Positions 1 through 8,717 of a stretch of 64,000 nt of DNA are shown in pieces. Below the pieces are notes generated by a model, which ran no database searches, was not told where the DNA came from, and worked only from the letters and a program-made list of their open reading frames with translations. Position numbers and translations under genes: made by a program. Position 1 is the stretch's first letter, and every line of letters begins with the position of its first letter. This DNA comes from Arcicella lustrica (GTDB lineage Bacteria; Bacteroidota; Bacteroidia; Cytophagales; Spirosomataceae): NCBI RefSeq assembly GCF_034930985.1, contig NZ_JAYGIM010000007.1, forward strand, positions 221,383-285,382, given 5' to 3'.

Positions 1-3000
1 TCAGTATTTTTTCTTTGGCACGAGTAATCGCCACATTCAAACGATTTTCGCCTCCTTGCTGATTCAGCGAACCAAATTGCATACTCATTTTTCCGTTCAC
101 GTCTGGTGCATAAGCAATTGAAAAGATGATGATGTCTCGTTCATCTCCCTGTACATTTTCGATGTTTTTTACAAAAATTGGCGCAATGTTTTCAGCAGAA
201 TGATTCAACGCAAAAGCCTTTGTTTCTAATAAATCTTGAATCAAGCCTTGTTGTTTAAAATTAAAAGTAACAATGCCAATTGATTTTTGTGGAAAATCAT
301 TTTTGAGGTTTTCGACCAAATTAATAATCGTTTCGGCTTCTTCAAGATTACTATTGTTTTCCCAAATGCCATTTACTTTTAAGTATCGAATCGCAGGTTC
401 TGCTTTGTTGATTTCATAAAAATCGGGCAAAAGCTGTAAAGTATTATTGTAGAAGTACTCATTTGAAAAATCAATTAAATCCAAGGAACGACTGCGATAA
501 TGCCCACGCAACTGTGTTTGTGGCAAGTACTGACAAGCCAAATCTAACAAAGAATCTACTTCTAATGCTGGCGAATCATCCGTATCATTTTCAAATTTTA
601 GTCTGTATAAATCATTCGGTTGTAATTGTTTTGAATCGCCTGCAATCACTACTTGTTTTCCTCTGAACAGCGCAGGAATTCCTTGTTCGGCAAAACATTG
701 TGAGGCTTCGTCAAAGATGATTAAATCGAAAAATGGTTTTTCAGTTTCCATCGGAAAAATAGCTGAAACCGTTTCGGGCGAAGCCAACCAACAAGGAACT
801 AATCTGAAAATTTCATCTGAATAAGCCGCAATCAATCGCCTAACAGCCCATAATTTCCTTTTTTTGGCTACTTGATGTTTTAAATCACGATAAGTAACTA
901 CATTTTGCAAACGATTTTTCTCTAAGTTCTGATAGCTGAGTGTTCGTAATTTTAGCAATAAAATCTCTTTACTCAACTGCTGTTTTTGAAGTACAGCTTC
1001 TTGTAATTGATTTTCTAATTGACCTATTTTCAAAGAACTTACTCCTCTTAAAATCGGATTTTTAATTTCAATATCTTTTATCCAAGCCAGTTTTAAACTA
1101 TTCAGAAAGCTATCAAGTGGTTTTTTTTCTTCAACAAATAAATGGATTACGGCTAATTCAGTGTGACTGCACTCGGCTTTCAAAGCGTCCAATTCTTGCA
1201 TATCGTCAAAATGTTCTTGCAAGTATTTTATCACCAAAGTTCCGTGCTGTAAATGGGCTAATTCATTGATTTGAATCACTGATAAATTTACTTGCCAAAG
1301 TGCTTGTTGTTCTTCTAATTGGATTGACTTTTCAATTAGAAATTTTACTTTTTGCTGAAAATCTGACCAAGAAAAACTCGTCCATTCGTTCAGCGGAACA
1401 TTTTTAATACTTCTAAAAATCGTTTCTGCTTTGGCTATTTGGTACAACATTTGAAAATGACGTTCGAACCAACGATAGCCTTTTCTCAACCAAGTAACTT
1501 CTTCGTTACTTTCTGCATTTTTTGAAAATTCATTTCCAAATAAATAAGCCCATTCTTTCCACCATTTTTCTAAACCTATTCTGTTCTGAATTCTTTCATG
1601 CAGTTTTTTCAAATCTTCTAGCCCAATACTTAGTCCGTTGGCGATAGCAAGCTGTTGAATTTCTTTTTTCTCTTTTGAAAACAGCGACCAATAAATGCTC
1701 TCAAAAGTATTGCTTTTGGCATGGATAGCTTTGCTTATTTTTCCAGAAAACGTCAATAAATCTGCACTTGACAAAGTAATTTCTATGCCTTGCCCCGCAA
1801 AAAACTGAGCAACTTCTGCTTCTAAACTTGAAATTTTAGTCGTATTAGTCTTGATTTTTTGTGACAAATTTCTGGCAAGAAGTTGATAGATTTTGTCTGT
1901 TGAAATACCATTTAACAGATTTTGTAGCTTTACTTTTTCAAGTGAAATTTTCTGGAGAGAGTCTAATGACAGTTTTTTGTCAAGTATTGTTTGAGATTGA
2001 TTTTCTATTTCTTGCACAAAAAGCGTCAACTCTTTAATAGTCTTGGCAATCAGTGAAATATCTACTGGCTGACGATGCTGAAACGAAAGTCGATTTTGCC
2101 AAAAAAGACTGGCGTCATTATTCCCCAACTTTTCTTGATAAGCGAAGTACAACTTAAATTTCTCAACAAAATCCTTGATTTCGGTGAAATTGAAATATTT
2201 GTAATACGCTTCTAAATCAACAAAAGTATCATTTGCAGAGCTTGTCAAGTACAGTTCTTTGACAGAAATTCCACATTCATTTACGGCAAATAAAGCGTCT
2301 TTAAAAGTCTGTAATTCTTCAGAAGTTTTATCAATTTGTTTACTCTGCTGACTGAAATTTCTTTCGATAAAAATAGCATCCAAACTCTGATTTTGCTTTT
2401 GATAAGTATCGACTTGCTCAATCTGATGCAAAATTTGTTCATAAAGTGCTTTCCTGTCATTTTTAAAATCGTGCACATTGCCAACAAAAGCACGCATTCC
2501 AACTTTTGCGAGGCGTTCTTGCACAACATCCAAAGCCGCTCGTTTCTGACAAACCACCAAAACCTTTTTGCCTCTTGCCGTAAAATCGGCAACGAGATTA
2601 CAGATTAATTGAGATTTTCCTGTTCCTGGAGGGCCTTGAACGACTAACGATTGTCCAGCTTTTACTTCTCGCAAAGCTTTTTCCTGAGAAATATCAATTT
2701 CAAAAGGCGTTAATAATTGTTCTTCTCTAATCTGAATTGCTTCTTCAAAATCATTCGGGAAAAGATTTTCAACCGTTTTATCTTCATTTTTGGCTAAAGT
2801 ATCAATCAAAAATTGATAGTCTGGCACTAAAAAAGAACCCGCTTGCGGGAAAATTCCTAAAACCGCCTGTGGAAATAAAGTAAGTTCGCCGTTGCGTTCG
2901 GTACTTTCTAAAGTCGTTTTAGCAATTTTTTCAAAATGCGTTAATTGATTCGTGAAATTATCTTGATTGAAATTGATTTTTAAGGGAGAATTCTTCAAAT

Positions 3001-3637
3001 ACTCATACAATTGCGTTCTGAATTCAAGGGCATTTTTCGAAAAATCTTCCAACGAATTATCTAAAAAATCATCTGAGATTTGAATCTCGTTGAAGTAAGA
3101 ATATGCCAGCAAAAAACTTCTATTGAAAATAACTTCGTCTCTTTGTTTTATTTGCCAGATTTCGCTCAAAGACTCATCTGTCCCTGTATTTTTCTGAGGA
3201 AGCAACACGCAATCGAGATGAACAGGAAAAAAAAGTAAAGGACAACGAACTACTGTTCCATCTGAAAATTTACCTTTTACAATCGGATAACCAATGTATA
3301 AATCTTCCGAACCACGCTCTTCTTCAATCAGTTTTTCATGCCTTGAAATCTTTCGTAGTTTCTTGCTGATTTCGTTTACTTTTTCAAAACGTGGATCATG
3401 TTTTTCGCAAAGCGTAATCGTATTTTTTTGAGCAATTAACTGCTCGATAAGTTGAAAAGAAGGAGTGTTTTGAAGAAAATCAAGTTCGTGAACATCTAAA
3501 AACTGCTCAGTTGCTGATGAAAGTAGCAAAGACTTATTCCTAGTACTCAGGTTAGTAAGTCTTTTTTGATATGATTTCAGGATAGAATGTAAAGTATTTT
3601 CTTCCACGATGCTTATTAGATGAACAGATTTATTCAA
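1..3637 (-). CDS. Large SF1 (Upf1/DNA2-like) helicase with a DUF4011-like N-terminal region. Partial: the C-terminus lies beyond the window start. The start codon is uncertain and is probably non-ATG.
   Basis: Minus-strand frame read by eye. Walker A '...QGPPGTGKSQLICNLVADF' lies near 2560-2650. Motifs 'GDSKQLQP' and 'VAITRAK' (helicase motifs III and VI) lie toward the 5' edge. The N-terminal 'LKSYQKRLTNLSTRNKSLL...IGYPIVKGKFSDGTVVRCPLLFFPVHL' is typical of DUF4011 helicases. An in-frame stop sits at 3659-3661. There is no in-frame ATG between 3302 and 3658; only GTG (3605-3607) and TTG (3635-3637, 3527-3529) are available. The six-frame ORF track omits this gene because it runs off the edge. 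Confidence 0.7.
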   Translation of the reverse strand, partial: MNKSVHLISIVEENTLHSILKSYQKRLTNLSTRNKSLLLSSATEQFLDVHELDFLQNTPSFQLIEQLIAQKNTITLCEKHDPRFEKVNEISKKLRKISRHEKLIEEERGSEDLYIGYPIVKGKFSDGTVVRCPLLFFPVHLDCVLLPQKNTGTDESLSEIWQIKQRDEVIFNRSFLLAYSYFNEIQISDDFLDNSLEDFSKNALEFRTQLYEYLKNSPLKINFNQDNFTNQLTHFEKIAKTTLESTERNGELTLFPQAVLGIFPQAGSFLVPDYQFLIDTLAKNEDKTVENLFPNDFEEAIQIREEQLLTPFEIDISQEKALREVKAGQSLVVQGPPGTGKSQLICNLVADFTARGKKVLVVCQKRAALDVVQERLAKVGMRAFVGNVHDFKNDRKALYEQILHQIEQVDTYQKQNQSLDAIFIERNFSQQSKQIDKTSEELQTFKDALFAVNECGISVKELYLTSSANDTFVDLEAYYKYFNFTEIKDFVEKFKLYFAYQEKLGNNDASLFWQNRLSFQHRQPVDISLIAKTIKELTLFVQEIENQSQTILDKKLSLDSLQKISLEKVKLQNLLNGISTDKIYQLLARNLSQKIKTNTTKISSLEAEVAQFFAGQGIEITLSSADLLTFSGKISKAIHAKSNTFESIYWSLFSKEKKEIQQLAIANGLSIGLEDLKKLHERIQNRIGLEKWWKEWAYLFGNEFSKNAESNEEVTWLRKGYRWFERHFQMLYQIAKAETIFRSIKNVPLNEWTSFSWSDFQQKVKFLIEKSIQLEEQQALWQVNLSVIQINELAHLQHGTLVIKYLQEHFDDMQELDALKAECSHTELAVIHLFVEEKKPLDSFLNSLKLAWIKDIEIKNPILRGVSSLKIGQLENQLQEAVLQKQQLSKEILLLKLRTLSYQNLEKNRLQNVVTYRDLKHQVAKKRKLWAVRRLIAAYSDEIFRLVPCWLASPETVSAIFPMETEKPFFDLIIFDEASQCFAEQGIPALFRGKQVVIAGDSKQLQPNDLYRLKFENDTDDSPALEVDSLLDLACQYLPQTQLRGHYRSRSLDLIDFSNEYFYNNTLQLLPDFYEINKAEPAIRYLKVNGIWENNSNLEEAETIINLVENLKNDFPQKSIGIVTFNFKQQGLIQDLLETKAFALNHSAENIAPIFVKNIENVQGDERDIIIFSIAYAPDVNGKMSMQFGSLNQQGGENRLNVAITRAKEKIL

Positions 3638-3663
3638 ATTTACAGGAAAATCTGGAAATTAAT

Positions 3664-4308
3664 ATGAAAACAGCTATAATCATCGGTGCTACTGGCTTGG
3701 TAGGCAGTACATTGGTCAAACAAATACTTGATAACCCCAATTACTCAAAAGTAACGTTGCTACTTCGCAAACCATTGGAGATTCAACATCCAAAATTGCA
3801 ACAAGAAATCGTCGATTTCGATAAACCTGATGCTACAAAAATTATGGGCGACGAATTATTTTGTGCGATGGGAACAACTTTGCGCAAAGCGGGTTCTAAA
3901 GAAGCGCAATATAAAATTGATTGTACTTATCCTTATGAATTCGGAAAAATTGCCAAAGCCAACGGTGTAAAACAGTATATTTTGGTTTCATCCATTGGCT
4001 CGGATGCCAATTCCAATAGCTTTTACTTGAGAACAAAAGGCGATTTAGAACAGAAAATTAAAGCACTTGACTTTGAAAACTTCATCAGTGTTCGTCCTTC
4101 TTTTATTTTAGGTGACAGACAAGAATTTCGTTTGGGGGAGAAAATAGGGATTGTTTTAGCCAAAGCAATTTCACCACTTTTAATTGGAAGTTTGAAAAAA
4201 TACAGAGGAATTGAAGCCGCCCAAATCGCCAAAGCGATGCAAGTATTGGCAAGTAAAGGTTTGACTGGCGTGCATTTCTTTGAATCGGATGAGTTGCAAG
4301 CATTATAA
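3664..4308 (+). CDS. NAD(P)H-binding Rossmann-fold oxidoreductase (atypical SDR / NmrA / HTATIP2-like)
   Basis: N-terminal 'MKTAIIIGATGLVGSTLV' glycine-rich dinucleotide-binding motif. 214 aa. Confidence 0.65.
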   Translation: MKTAIIIGATGLVGSTLVKQILDNPNYSKVTLLLRKPLEIQHPKLQQEIVDFDKPDATKIMGDELFCAMGTTLRKAGSKEAQYKIDCTYPYEFGKIAKANGVKQYILVSSIGSDANSNSFYLRTKGDLEQKIKALDFENFISVRPSFILGDRQEFRLGEKIGIVLAKAISPLLIGSLKKYRGIEAAQIAKAMQVLASKGLTGVHFFESDELQAL

Positions 4309-4310
4309 GC

Positions 4311-6152
4311 TTGAGAATGTTCAAAGCTCTTTCTGTATCTTTGTTGAAAAAAATACCGTTTATGACACCACTCGAAACTTTTCAATCCAGAAAAATTCAT
4401 TTCCAAAACCTTGCCGAGCAATTCCAAAAACAATATAATCAATGGGCTGTTTTTAGGGCTATTTTGTTTGTGGCTGTTGCTGCGATTGGCTATTTCTGCT
4501 ATGAATTTTATGATTTTGCTTACACGCTTTTAGTACTAATTATTGGCATTGCCTTGTTTTTGTTTTCCGTAACTAAACATTTAAAAATAAAGTATTTAAG
4601 AGATAAAAATAGAACTTTAAGCACGCTGAATGAAGACGAAATTCAACGTTTAGAAAATCGTTTTACTCGTACAGAAACAGGCGAAGTATTTGCAGAAGAC
4701 AACCACTTTTATGCAAGTGATTTAGATATTTTCGGGAAGCAATCTCTTTATAAATTACTGAATCGCACGCATACTTTTGGGGGGGCGAAAATGTTGGCAA
4801 ATTGGCTTTTGCATCCAGCAGAAACGACTGAAATTCTCAATCGACAAAAAGCTATTCAAGAATTATCAGAGAAAATAGATTGGCGACAAGATTTAGAAGC
4901 CTCCGCCATGTTGATTGAAGAAGTATCCGAGCCAACTCATCAATTATTGGCTTGGAACGATGCACCAGCTAATCAGAAAATCCAACAACCTTTATTTCAA
5001 ATTGCTCGCTTTTTGCCTTATATCACCATTCCTGTGATTTTGGCTTGGATTTTGGGTTTTGTACCTATCTATATAGTGTTGGTGTTGATGGGAATTCATG
5101 GTTTGATTTTAAAACAAATATTTACAGAAGTAACCGTTGCGCTCGATCAAACCAATCGCATTGCTGGTGCGATGAAAGCATATTCTGCCTTGGCTGAATT
5201 GATTGTTCTTGAAGATTTTCAAGAAGAAAAACTACAAAATTTAAAAAGCAAAATTGCTGAGGCTAGTCCCGCCATTCTTGCTTTAGAAGATATTCTGAAC
5301 AAAATGGCGAATAGAACGAATCCTTTTTTCGCTTTTGTAGTGGGCATTCCAACTTTATGGGATATTCAATATTTTATCAAATTAGAAAATTGGAAAGCAA
5401 ACCATCGTGAAAATTTACCTACTTGGTTGGCTGTCATTGCCGAATTTGAAACCTTGAATAGTTTGGCGGGCTATCGTTTTGCCAATCCTACTTTTATTCA
5501 ACCTAGTATTGTAGCTGGCGGAGTATTTTTAAAAGCAAAAGCTTTGGGTCACCCGATGATTCGCCATAATAAAAGAGTTGCAAATGATATAGAACTGATT
5601 GGCGGAGGAAAAACCATTATCATTACAGGTTCGAATATGTCGGGCAAAAGTACTTTCCAAAGAACAGTTGCCATAAATGTAGTATTGGCATTGACGGGTG
5701 GCGTTGTTTGTGCAGAAAGTTTTGAATGTTCTTATTTACAAGTATTCACCAGTATGCGAAGCAATGATTCTTTAGAAGAAGGTACTTCATCTTTTTATGC
5801 CGAACTAAAACGCTTGAAGCAATTGATTGACGAAGTAGGAACAGGCAAGCAAAACAAAGCTTCAATACTGTACTTTTTAGATGAAATTCTGAAAGGAACA
5901 AACTCAAAAGACCGCCACGAAGGAGCAAGAGCTTTGATGTTGCAATTGCATAAAACCTCAGCTTCTGGCTTTATTTCTACTCACGACGTAGAATTAGGTG
6001 ATGAATTTGATGAACAAGATTTTGTAAAAAACTATAGCTTTTCATCCGAAGTAGTCAACGACGATTTGGTATTCGATTATAAACTTCGCAAAGGTGTTTG
6101 CCATAGTTTTAATGCGAGTCAACTAATGAAGAGGATTGGGATTGAGATGTAA
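4311..6152 (+). CDS. MutS-family ATPase (MutS2-like domain V, no mismatch-binding domain) with N-terminal transmembrane segments
   Basis: 'GSNMSGKSTFQRTV' Walker A, '...ILYFLDEILKGTN' Walker B and 'STHD' are all MutS domain V signatures. Hydrophobic helices lie in the N-terminal ~100 aa. Confidence 0.7.
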   Translation: MRMFKALSVSLLKKIPFMTPLETFQSRKIHFQNLAEQFQKQYNQWAVFRAILFVAVAAIGYFCYEFYDFAYTLLVLIIGIALFLFSVTKHLKIKYLRDKNRTLSTLNEDEIQRLENRFTRTETGEVFAEDNHFYASDLDIFGKQSLYKLLNRTHTFGGAKMLANWLLHPAETTEILNRQKAIQELSEKIDWRQDLEASAMLIEEVSEPTHQLLAWNDAPANQKIQQPLFQIARFLPYITIPVILAWILGFVPIYIVLVLMGIHGLILKQIFTEVTVALDQTNRIAGAMKAYSALAELIVLEDFQEEKLQNLKSKIAEASPAILALEDILNKMANRTNPFFAFVVGIPTLWDIQYFIKLENWKANHRENLPTWLAVIAEFETLNSLAGYRFANPTFIQPSIVAGGVFLKAKALGHPMIRHNKRVANDIELIGGGKTIIITGSNMSGKSTFQRTVAINVVLALTGGVVCAESFECSYLQVFTSMRSNDSLEEGTSSFYAELKRLKQLIDEVGTGKQNKASILYFLDEILKGTNSKDRHEGARALMLQLHKTSASGFISTHDVELGDEFDEQDFVKNYSFSSEVVNDDLVFDYKLRKGVCHSFNASQLMKRIGIEM

Positions 6153-6193
6153 GCTATTTCTTAACTAGTGATTAGTATTTAAAACTGATAATT

Positions 6194-6224
6194 ACTCATG
6201 GCATGACTCCAAGTCATGCCATGA
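6194..6224. terminator. Bidirectional rho-independent terminator between convergent genes
   Basis: Perfect 14-bp stems CTCATGGCATGACT / AGTCATGCCATGAG with a 3-nt loop. It lies between the stop codons at 6152 and 6241. Confidence 0.6.
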
Positions 6225-6240
6225 GTGAAAGAGTAAAATA

Positions 6241-6984
6241 TTATTTTACAATTCCCATCTTCATAAAAACAGGAAAATTCACTTTGAAAATATCTGAACT
6301 TTTATAGATAGCTTTTAAACTTTCTATAAAACCATCTACAGGATTTTCATGGTGAATTTTGATGTACTTCTGTACACTCGACCAAGTATTCAAATATCCT
6401 TCCAATTCAGCAAGCGTCCATTGATAGTTCATCGCAAATTTTGGACTTTCTATCATCTCAAAAGGAAATGGAATACTTCTGTATTCTTCATCAATAAACC
6501 TACGTTCCGCATCCCAATATTCACCAATTTGTTCTTGATAAAAATCCTGAAATAGCGCATTGGCTTTTTCATTATCTATCGTCAAAGTACCATAACCCCA
6601 AGCCGCAAAAATGGCTTCTGGCTTAGCAACACGATGTACTTCTTGGAAAAAACGCTCAAAATCAAACCAATGAATGGCTTGCCCAACCGTTATTAAATCA
6701 AAAGTATTTGCTGGGAATTCCGTCTTTTCAGCTTGAGCAATTGAATAATGAATATTATCCGCCTGATGAGCATTATCTAACTGCTTTTGCGAAATATCCG
6801 TCGCAAAAACTTTTTGAAATATTGTTGATAAATGCGACGCCACTTGTCCATTGCCAGTGGCACAATCCCAAGCAGCCTCAAAGTTTTTCACCTTTGTCAA
6901 AACAAAGTCATACAATTCAGCAGGATATTTAGGACGAAATTTAGCATAAAGTGCTGCTTGTGTCGAGAAATTATCTTTAGGCAT
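6241..6984 (-). CDS. Class I SAM-dependent methyltransferase (Methyltransf_11-like)
   Basis: 'DCATGNGQVASHL' SAM-binding motif I, followed by 'ATDISQ' and 'DLITVGQAIHWF'. Confidence 0.7.
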   Translation of the reverse strand: MPKDNFSTQAALYAKFRPKYPAELYDFVLTKVKNFEAAWDCATGNGQVASHLSTIFQKVFATDISQKQLDNAHQADNIHYSIAQAEKTEFPANTFDLITVGQAIHWFDFERFFQEVHRVAKPEAIFAAWGYGTLTIDNEKANALFQDFYQEQIGEYWDAERRFIDEEYRSIPFPFEMIESPKFAMNYQWTLAELEGYLNTWSSVQKYIKIHHENPVDGFIESLKAIYKSSDIFKVNFPVFMKMGIVK

Positions 6985-7103
6985 CTCTTGTTAATTTAGT
7001 CGGGAGCTTACGATTTCTTAGACGTTTGGCTTGTGTTGAATTATCATCTAAGTCTAACCTTCCTAAGTAATATTATATTTGAGTTATTTTAATTCAATTA
7101 TAA

Positions 7104-7892
7104 TTATTCTCTCGTCACATACTTATCGCTTATCCATCCTCTTAGCTTCTGATTTTTGAATTCAAAACTTATTGGATTGCATTCTTCTTTTCCTGCAATA
7201 GTGTTATTTTCTACCTCAACAAACAGCCACTTCCTATCTTTTTCTATGATTTCAGATAGAACCTTAATTTTTGATGCTATTTTAATTTTAGCAATAATAT
7301 TAGTTCCATCTTCGCAAGCATAGGTAAATGTTTCTTTTACTTTTCCCTCTAGCTTATCAATGCTTGGTGAAAATCGCAAATTGTAATTGTCTATGGTAAC
7401 TTTTACAAAAAAAGTATTTGTAAAATAAATAAAAGGTTCTAAAAGGTGCGTGTTTTCTGTATAAGAGCTATTGGTCAAAACGTAATTTTCCTTAATAATT
7501 GCAGAACTTTCGTTAAACTCAAATACTCTATTTGACAAATAAGGACTCTCTCCACAACAGTGTGTCAATCTTACATACAACATTTTTTTATTGTCAATAT
7601 TCCATAAAACATAAGAATTACATTGTTCATGTAGTTGCTCTTTGTATTGTCCATCCATGTTTAAAAATACTGTAATACAGTTTGGTTCGCCACATCCATA
7701 TAAGTAAATAATATCGTTTTTTCCATCATTGTTTAAATCAATAATTTGCTTCTCAAACGTCCTATCGTTTGCATTTTTTTTAATCTCGCTCTCTATTTTA
7801 TTAATTTGAGAAGATTGACCAAATCCTTGAATTAAAATAGTAAAACAAAAGAGTGTTAGTAGGGCTCGCATATTATTTGTTTTAACCACCAA
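7104..7892 (-). CDS. Hypothetical secreted protein with signal peptide
   Basis: 'MRALLTLFCFTILIQGFGQ' signal-like N-terminus (internal Met at ~7871). No recognisable domain. Confidence 0.45.
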   Translation of the reverse strand: MVVKTNNMRALLTLFCFTILIQGFGQSSQINKIESEIKKNANDRTFEKQIIDLNNDGKNDIIYLYGCGEPNCITVFLNMDGQYKEQLHEQCNSYVLWNIDNKKMLYVRLTHCCGESPYLSNRVFEFNESSAIIKENYVLTNSSYTENTHLLEPFIYFTNTFFVKVTIDNYNLRFSPSIDKLEGKVKETFTYACEDGTNIIAKIKIASKIKVLSEIIEKDRKWLFVEVENNTIAGKEECNPISFEFKNQKLRGWISDKYVTRE

Positions 7893-8082
7893 CTAAGCTA
7901 TTATACGAAAGTTTTAGTAACTCGTTGGTGGAAAGTTTTCCAAATTTAGGATAGTGTATAAAAACTTCAATTAGCAGTAATTCACTCAATTCCCCAAAAA
8001 ATCACCGAACTCTTTTATGAAAATTATGTGGCAGTCAATAAATGCCTAAGAGATTCTTTGCTTCAAATTGATTTAAAGCAAA

Positions 8083-8410
8083 TCATTTTGTTTCTATACT
8101 ATTTCTTATTGGAATTGATTGGATACAAGTGTTTCTATACTATTTTATGTAGAAAATGATTAGATACAAATGTTTCTATACTATTTCATGTATAAAATGA
8201 CTAGATACAAGTGTTTCTATGCTGTTTTATGTAGGAAATGATTAGATACAAATGTTTCTATAGTGTTTCTTACAGAATATGATTAGATACAAATGTTTCT
8301 ATAGTGTTTCTTACAGAATATGATTAGATACAAATGTTTCTATACTGTTTCATATAGGAAATGATTAGATACAGATGTTTTTATGCTGTTTCTAACAGTA
8401 ATTTATTGGA
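8083..8410. repeat. Tandem array, ~7.5 copies of a 41-bp unit (GATTAGATACAAATGTTTCTATACTATTTCATGTATAAAAT-like)
   Basis: Unit starts at 8117, 8158, 8199, 8240, 8281, 8322 and 8363, with a partial unit at ~8083. Units 4 and 5 are identical. The 5' ~22 bp is conserved and the 3' ~19 bp is variable but related between units. The copies are contiguous with no spacers. Confidence 0.85.
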
Positions 8411-8525
8411 TACAAAAAATATTGTGTTCCACCACATTGAAGGGAGGTTTCACCTTCATCAAGCTTCCAAAAAACACCTTTCGGGAAATTTTTCTGCAAT
8501 ATTTTTTGAATCTAATTTTTTAATA

Positions 8526-8533
8526 CTAAGTTT
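8526..8533 (+). promoter_or_regulatory. Candidate Bacteroidetes sigma-A -7 box (TAAGTTTG) for the trp leader transcript
   Basis: Matches the TAnnTTTG consensus ~20 bp upstream of the leader ATG. No experimental support. Confidence 0.3.
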
Positions 8534-8553
8534 GTGCAAATAAAAATCAGACA

Positions 8554-8610
8554 ATGACAAACAATTTCAAAAATACAGCATGGTGGTGGCAACTGACAAG
8601 CGTCCGTTGA
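8554..8610 (+). CDS. trpL: trp operon leader peptide, 18 aa, MTNNFKNTAWWWQLTSVR, with three consecutive Trp codons
   Basis: ATG at 8554, TGG TGG TGG at 8581-8589, TGA at 8608-8610. It sits 108 bp upstream of trpE and just upstream of an intrinsic terminator. Confidence 0.6.
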   Translation: MTNNFKNTAWWWQLTSVR

Positions 8611-8690
8611 ACAGCATTATAATGTATTTTCGATAAAGATATATTTCTTCACGAAGAGGCTTACTGTTCAACCAGTAAGCCTTTTTCTTT
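8606..8690 (+). promoter_or_regulatory. trp attenuator: antiterminator (8606-8614 pairs with 8664-8672) mutually exclusive with the terminator (8657-8690)
   Basis: GTTGAACAG (which overlaps the leader stop codon) is the reverse complement of CTGTTCAAC (the terminator 5' stem plus loop). Terminator stems are AGGCTTACTG / CAGTAAGCCT followed by TTTTTCTTT. Confidence 0.5.
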
Positions 8691-8717
8691 GCTCTTTAAA
8701 AATCACTAAAAATCAGC

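Noticed and set aside
1-3. An apparent TGA (reverse complement of tca) at positions 1-3 as the helicase stop
   Set aside because: It is not in the helicase reading frame. Codon low-ends are at positions congruent to 2 mod 3, so the gene continues past the window edge.
463-2608. Small ORFs 463..666, 2281..2592 and 2336..2608
   Set aside because: They lie inside the helicase gene, either antisense or in alternative frames.
8083-8410. CRISPR array candidate (regular ~41-bp periodicity with a conserved half and a variable half)
   Set aside because: The units are contiguous, with no unique spacers. The 'variable' halves are close variants of one another, and no cas genes lie nearby. It is a tandem minisatellite.
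8361-8543. 60-aa ORF in the tandem array / trp promoter region
   Set aside because: It lies within the minisatellite and promoter sequence and has no coding signal.
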